From positions 1 to 9,809 of the forward strand of contig NW_002061135.1 in assembly GCF_000150275.1 (NCBI RefSeq): DNA of 9,809 nucleotides, read 5' to 3'. Both the position numbers and the translations under genes were made by a program. The notes below the pieces were generated by a model, which did no database searches, was not told where the DNA came from, and saw only the letters and a program-made list of their open reading frames with translations. The stretch's first letter is position 1; each line of letters opens with the position of its first letter. The DNA is from Trichoplax adhaerens (Eukaryota > Animalia > Placozoa). Shown here piece by piece: positions 9,206 through 9,809 of the stretch.

Positions 9206-9768
9206 CGATCTTTAATAAACTGGAAAGCTTCGTTAATCTAAGAAAAAATTACAAGACCAAATTTATAAAACAATAATAACTACTGGTTAGATATATCGAC
9301 TATTTCAGCTGAGTTATGATTATCTATGTACTACATGTTCATACTGTGTGATGTAATAAAATTGACGACGACCGAGTAATTGAAAGATCATTCAATAATA
9401 CCTTGTTTAAGGGGAATGAGGCACCAACATGCGGGTGAATCTTTCCTTCGCCAAGTAGCCGCACAACCGAATCTATAGAATGTTTATATAACTTTGGATC
9501 TTTAAAACGGTAGGAGCCCTAACATAAAAGATTAATTGTGAATTTTTCGTATTTTAAAATTAAGGTCAATATTTATTCTTCTATAGAAACTGTCTTCATC
9601 ATTCAACTTGATCTTCTTCTCTTACCCAATATAATCCGACTAAAGAATAAGAAGAATTGTAATAGATGTTTTAAAGTGAGAAGCAATTTCACAGGTATTA
9701 TTCATTTACAGAGTATGTTTAAACTCACCGGCTGATATATTCTTTACAAGAAGTATATTAGCAGGTAT
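9169..9768 (-). CDS. CRYZL2: Quinone oxidoreductase-like protein 2, 3' four exons (gene E); continues beyond the window
   Basis: Exons 9768-9729, 9639-9626, 9518-9402, 9237-9169 with AG/GT boundaries. They splice to IPANILLVKNISA-VGLYW-GSYRFKDPKLYKHSIDSVVRLLGEGKIHPHVGASFPLNK-INEAFQFIKDRKSTGKIAITMD*. Exon sizes (40/14/117) and phases are the same as in gene A. Confidence 0.92.
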
Positions 9769-9809
9769 CTACTCATGATAAAATATTTAGTTCTATATCA
9801 GTAAAATTA

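Noticed and set aside
9538-9735. 65-aa plus-strand ORF
   Set aside because: Antisense to the introns and microexon of gene E; no independent coding evidence.

Overview
AT-rich eukaryotic (animal-like) genomic DNA with short GT-AG introns and two 50-N assembly gaps (4144-4193, 8252-8301); the supplied ORFs are mostly fragments of spliced genes. The window holds a cluster of quinone oxidoreductase-like protein 2 (CRYZL2/QORL2-type, MDR superfamily) gene pieces. These are: the last five exons of a + strand gene (452-1296); a degenerate 3' remnant on the - strand (2375-2519); two different first exons facing each other across gap 1 (3948-4136 +, 4410-4619 -); and the last four exons of an intact - strand paralog (9169-9768). 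Both intact 3' ends use a 14-nt microexon. A ~2-kb tandem array of a 168-bp unit (about 5525-7493) lies between the - strand QOR first exon and exon 1 of COG6 (7829-7942 +). Each unit carries a hairpin whose 5-nt loop is inverted in some copies and which, read on the - strand, resembles a Helitron 3' end. About 900 bp (1512-2410) recur at 8302-9205, suggesting a tandem segmental duplication or haplotig with mis-ordered contigs. There is no prokaryotic system or CRISPR array. Protein assignments come from recalled family sequences, not from a database search.
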